Under the pieces are notes generated by a model that was not told the origin of the DNA, did not search any database, and saw only the letters and a program-made list of their open reading frames with translations. A DNA stretch of 64,000 bases from Candidatus Eiseniibacteriota bacterium (lineage in GTDB: Bacteria; Eisenbacteria; RBG-16-71-46), in NCBI GenBank assembly GCA_031370785.1, contig JANMQY010000015.1, positions 1-64,000 on the forward strand. The letters are read 5' to 3'. The stretch's first letter is position 1. Every line of letters starts with the position of its first letter. The position numbers and the translations under genes are program-made. This document shows positions 60,443-64,000 of the stretch, piece after piece.

Positions 60443-61114
60443 TCAACGCACGATGATGACTCGACGCGTCCAGCTCTGTCCGGCCAGCTTGCCGCGAACC
60501 AGGTAGACGCCCGCTTCGAGCGTGCGACCTGAGTCGTCACGAAGATCCCAGTTCAGCTCGCCGCGACCCGCGTCGCGTTGTCCCGACGCGATGGTACGCA
60601 CGTGGCGCCCCTGGATATCGAACGCGTCCACCTGGACCAGCGCCGCCTGCGGCAGCGTGAAGGCCATGGTCGCCGACTGGCGTGCCGGATTCGGATACGG
60701 TGAAGAGAACGAAAGCACGAGCTGATCGCCCGAACCCGCCGTCTGCCCCGCGCGCGTGACCACGTTCGACATCGTCGACCAGTTGCCGACATCGTCGACC
60801 GTCTTCATCGCGAAGAAGTAGGAAGCGGTTGCATCCAGGCCGGAGATCGTGACCGACTGCTGCGTGCCGGGCGTCGCCGGCGTAGGCATCCCGCTCGCGG
60901 CCGCTGCCGAGGAGAAGTTCCTGGGCGTGATCGGAAGAAGTGAGTACCGCAAGTCGTACCTCGTGGCGCGACCGGCCATGCCGTCGTCGCCCGGAGCCGT
61001 CCACTTCAGCGTCTGGGAGATGGTCCCGGTTGCCGCCGTGTCGGCGAAGGCAGACCGAGCCGAAAGAATCAGGAGTGACGAAAGGATGAGTGCGGCCTTG
61101 TGAAAAACAGTCAC
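60443..61114 (-). CDS. Secreted FN3-like protein with C-terminal FlgD-Ig/T9SS-CTD-like domain
   Basis: Signal peptide; LKWTAPGDDG...YDLRYS...YFFAMKTVDDVGNWSTMSN; PYPNP...DIQGRHV...WDLRDDSG...GVYLVR. Confidence 0.8.
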   Translation of the reverse strand: MTVFHKAALILSSLLILSARSAFADTAATGTISQTLKWTAPGDDGMAGRATRYDLRYSLLPITPRNFSSAAAASGMPTPATPGTQQSVTISGLDATASYFFAMKTVDDVGNWSTMSNVVTRAGQTAGSGDQLVLSFSSPYPNPARQSATMAFTLPQAALVQVDAFDIQGRHVRTIASGQRDAGRGELNWDLRDDSGRTLEAGVYLVRGKLAGQSWTRRVIIVR

Positions 61115-61326
61115 CTCTAGACCTCCATTGGCCGCGCAGCGCGCACGGTGAGCCCCTGCGGGGGGCTGCCCAACCCCGCCTTGAGGCGCGGGGCAGTCAA
61201 AAGTGTTTGTCGAAGACCGAGGAACTCTTCGACCCGCAGCGTCGGGTCGACCTTCTGGAGTGTTCGGACTGGCGGGTAGGGGGAGCAGCAACCCGCTTCC
61301 GTTTTCGTGAGGCACGGGAGCCCTCA

Positions 61327-61342
61327 CGCAAGCACGGTGCCG
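61327..61342 (-). promoter_or_regulatory. Sigma54 (-24/-12) promoter
   Basis: CGGCACCGTGCTTGCG matches TGGCACG-N4-TTGC with exact GG-N10-GC spacing. Confidence 0.5.
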
Positions 61343-61507
61343 GGATTCTGATTGTGGGTTCAACGCCATGCAGTACATAGCGATACAGGAGTGACACCAA
61401 TCGAAATCGAGGCGGATTCCGGAGGGAAACGGGACAGCCTGTCGCGCACACTGCGACGCGCTGTCGCGAACACCGGGCGATGAGTCGCTCGCAGAGTTCG
61501 GCTGCCC

Positions 61508-61931
61508 GGGATCGAACGAGCATCGCTCACCCCCGGCCAATCCCCCGGGTTCAAGCTCGACTACATCGACTGGTCACACTCGCTGGCCATGTCGCTGGTG
61601 TGGTCGTCGCGTGGGCTCTGCCGTTCCTCAAGCGCGGACGGGTGATCGCGCTGACCATCGGGTTCGCGGTCTTCTCGCACTTCATTCTCGACTTCTTCAT
61701 GCATCCGGAAGATCTCGCGCTTTGGCCCAGCAGCCGCACGCACCTGGGGCTGGGGCTCTGGCACACCGCGTACTGGTGGTGGTTCGAGCTGGCGTTCGTG
61801 TGCGCGGGGTGCGGCTACTACTGGATGCGGGCGCGGAAACTGGACACTTTCGGCGGCCGGGCGGCGTGGGCGTTCGCGGTGGTGGTGGCGCTCACATGCT
61901 CAACTCGCCATGGCTCTCGCCGACCAAGTAG
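61508..61931 (+). pseudogene. 5'-truncated, doubly frameshifted membrane metal-dependent hydrolase-like gene
   Basis: GIERASLTPG..LDYIDWSHSL, shift, FSHFILDFFMH..LGLGLW..ELAF, shift, HMLNSPWLSPTK. Confidence 0.55.
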
Positions 61932-61988
61932 CACCGGAAAATGAAAACGGGGCCGCGGGCAACCTCTGCCCACAACCCCTCGAAGATC

Positions 61989-62047
61989 TGGCGGAGAGGG
62001 AGGGATTCGAACCCTCGAGGGGCTTGCACCCCTAACGGTTTTCGAGA
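61989..62047 (-). other. Displaced 3' half of tRNA-Ser(CGA), island att site
   Basis: TCTCGAAAACCGTTAGGGGTGCAAGCCCCTCGAGGGTTCGAATCCCTCCCTCTCCGCCA intact from the anticodon loop; no D-arm or 5' acceptor strand. Confidence 0.85.
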
Positions 62048-62346
62048 TCCGCGGTTCCCCCAGTTCCGCAACTCTTCGCACGTGATTCCAATGACTTGCC
62101 TGCGCGAATGGAACGGTCTCAGGACCGCTGGCTTCGAAACTGAACGCCGAGTCGCCTCCTTATCCACGAGGCGTCCGACGCCATCGCGTCGGACGATCGA
62201 CTTCGTGAAGGACGGCCCGCCGCCTGGGCGGATGGAACCACGATCCGTAGATGCGCGTCCCAATCGCATTGGCTCTCCCCGCACCACCCTGTCAAAGACG
62301 AACGGGCAGTCGCTCTGTTCGTGCAGCCTCGGGGCAGACGTCCTTT

Positions 62347-62375
62347 TTGCCAAATCCTATCCAGGAGGATAGGGT
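62347..62375 (+). promoter_or_regulatory. Promoter with overlapping CsoR/RcnR-type operator
   Basis: TTGCCA-N17-TAGGGT overlapping the palindrome CCTATCC-AGGA-GGATAGG (62356-62373). Confidence 0.7.
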
Positions 62376-62384
62376 ACAGATCCC

Positions 62385-62657
62385 ATGAAGACACTACATG
62401 AGACCCACCCAAAGATCCTGAAACGGCTGAAGCGTGCTGTCGGCCACCTCAATGGTGTCATCGCCATGATGCAGGATGAACGACCTTGCCTGGAGCTCGC
62501 CCAGCAGTTGCACGCCGTCGAGAGTGCCGTCGCAAACGCGAAGAAGACTCTGATCCACGATCATGTCAACCATTGCCTCGACGAATCAGTGAGCAATCCA
62601 GGTGCGGCATCGCGTCGGGCGCTCGAAGATTTCAAGGCGATTTCAAAATATCTCTAA
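62385..62657 (+). CDS. RcnR/NreA/CsoR-family metal-sensing repressor
   Basis: HETHPKILKRLKRAVGHL, CLELAQQLHAVE, HDHVNHC and KYL motifs. Confidence 0.92.
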   Translation: MKTLHETHPKILKRLKRAVGHLNGVIAMMQDERPCLELAQQLHAVESAVANAKKTLIHDHVNHCLDESVSNPGAASRRALEDFKAISKYL

Positions 62658-62690
62658 GGAGCCTGCGGCATTTGGTTGCGGAGGAACTAA

Positions 62691-64000
62691 ATGAAGCTGG
62701 TGACATCCGACAGTGCACCGCACGGCGGAACTTGGATTCAATCTGCGGACGGCTTCGTGGAAATAAGCGTCTTCGAAACCCGGGTTCCGCCTCATTTCAG
62801 GCTCTACTTCTTCGACGTGAACAAGCGGCCGCGCCCTCCGCTCCCCGGCTCCGACGTTTCCATCGAGACGATCCGCCCGGACGGCACGAAGCAGGTCTTC
62901 AAGTTCGTGAACGGAGCGGGTCATCTTCGCTCCACGACGGACATACCTGAACCTCATGAGTTCCGCCTACGATTGACGCTCCAGCAAGGATCCGACTTGC
63001 GCGCCTACGAGGCGGTTTTCACCGAGGAGGGGCACGGCCATTCGCACGGGCCGGGCGGACACTCGCACGCTCATGGGGGCGGTATTGTCGGCTGGCTGCG
63101 CAGCACCTTTGGCCACTCGCACAGTATTGAAGACAAGATCGACGAAACGATGGAGACGCACGAGCGCGGTATCTGGGCGCTCAAGCTTTCACTTGTCGTC
63201 CTTCTCGTGACCTCGCTCATCCAAGTGACGATCGTTGTGCTTTCCGGCTCGGTGGCCCTGCTTGCGGACACGATCCACAACTTCGGCGACGCGACCACCA
63301 GTATTCCGTTGTGGATCGCGTTCGCGCTCACCCGGCGCGGCGTCTCGCGCCGTTTCACCTATGGCTACGGCAAGAGCGAGGATCTGGCAGGCGTGGTGAT
63401 CGTTGGCGTCATCTTCTTCTCGGCCTGCGTCGCCGCATATCAATCGGTGATGAAGATCATCCATCCGCACCCCATCACGCACCTCGGGGCGGTCGCGGTG
63501 GCGGCATTAGTGGGATTCATAGGGAACGAGGCCGTAGCCGTGGTCAGGCTCAAGGTGGGCCGGGAAATTGAATCCGCGGCGCTCATCGCGGACGGCCAAC
63601 ACGCCAGGGTGGATGGCTTCACGAGTCTTGCGGTCCTTCTCGGCGTGATCGGCGTTTGGGCCGGATATCCGATCGTCGACCCGATCATTGGGCTTCTCAT
63701 CACGATCGCAATCCTCTTCATCGTCAAGGACGCGTCGAAGGCTGTTTTCAATCGCATGGTGGACGGCATCGAGCCGAGCATCATTGAGACGGTTGAACAC
63801 ACCCCCTTGCACGTAGCCGGCGTCCAGGGAGTTCAGCAGGCCCGCGCGCGGTGGGTCGGTCACAAGGTCTTCGCCGATCTCCACATTGCGGTGGAGCCCA
63901 GCCTGTCGGTGCAGCAGGCGCACGAGATCACGGACGAGGTCCAAGAGGTCCTCCGAACGCATGTGCGTTCCTTCGGCGGAGCGGTCGTCCATGTCTGCCC
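62691..64000 (+). CDS. Cation diffusion facilitator (CDF) exporter with extra N-terminal domain; runs off the window
   Basis: Own translation from ATG 62691 (GGAGG RBS): His-rich linker, SGSVALLADTIHNFGD, FTYGYGKSEDLAG, SAALIADGQHARVD and DPIIGL motifs. Confidence 0.9.
   Translation, partial: MKLVTSDSAPHGGTWIQSADGFVEISVFETRVPPHFRLYFFDVNKRPRPPLPGSDVSIETIRPDGTKQVFKFVNGAGHLRSTTDIPEPHEFRLRLTLQQGSDLRAYEAVFTEEGHGHSHGPGGHSHAHGGGIVGWLRSTFGHSHSIEDKIDETMETHERGIWALKLSLVVLLVTSLIQVTIVVLSGSVALLADTIHNFGDATTSIPLWIAFALTRRGVSRRFTYGYGKSEDLAGVVIVGVIFFSACVAAYQSVMKIIHPHPITHLGAVAVAALVGFIGNEAVAVVRLKVGREIESAALIADGQHARVDGFTSLAVLLGVIGVWAGYPIVDPIIGLLITIAILFIVKDASKAVFNRMVDGIEPSIIETVEHTPLHVAGVQGVQQARARWVGHKVFADLHIAVEPSLSVQQAHEITDEVQEVLRTHVRSFGGAVVHVC

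Noticed and set aside
61989..62080. Intact tRNA-Ser(CGA)
   Set aside because: The anticodon stem 5' strand, D-arm and acceptor 5' strand do not pair; only the 3' half is present

Overview
High-GC bacterial chromosomal window. The gene style and the FlgD/T9SS-like C-terminal domains suggest Ca. Eisenbacteria or a related FCB-lineage organism (inference only). The backbone is mostly minus-strand housekeeping genes: ftsY-smc-selA, livKHMGF, rpsF-ssb-rpsR-DUF2232-rplI, ispE-spoVG-prs-rplY-pth, rfbA/rfbD/gmhA/ubiA, recA-recX-alaS, cinA-thpR, mglBA-pgpA, tRNA-Ala-ffs-dnaX-ybaB-recR and tRNA-Ser(GGA). The usually contiguous pgpA-cinA-thpR-recA run is split by two accessory inserts. Insert 1 (~39.5-43.0 kb) holds a truncated kinase gene, an IS3 remnant, att-like DNA and a Cyc2-like cytochrome-porin. 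Insert 2 (~44.9-50.5 kb) holds an ECF sigma factor with an internally deleted Ser/Thr kinase, a lipoprotein NirK-cytochrome c fusion with a CxxC partner protein, and a second ECF sigma factor. A third island starts at a displaced 3' half of tRNA-Ser(CGA) (~62.0 kb) and carries an RcnR/NreA repressor and a CDF exporter with an unusual N-terminal domain. Several unannotated structured RNA candidates occur, most notably a ~220-nt rod-like RNA with its own promoter at 60.16-60.38 kb. All calls come from reading motifs by eye; no database searches were run.
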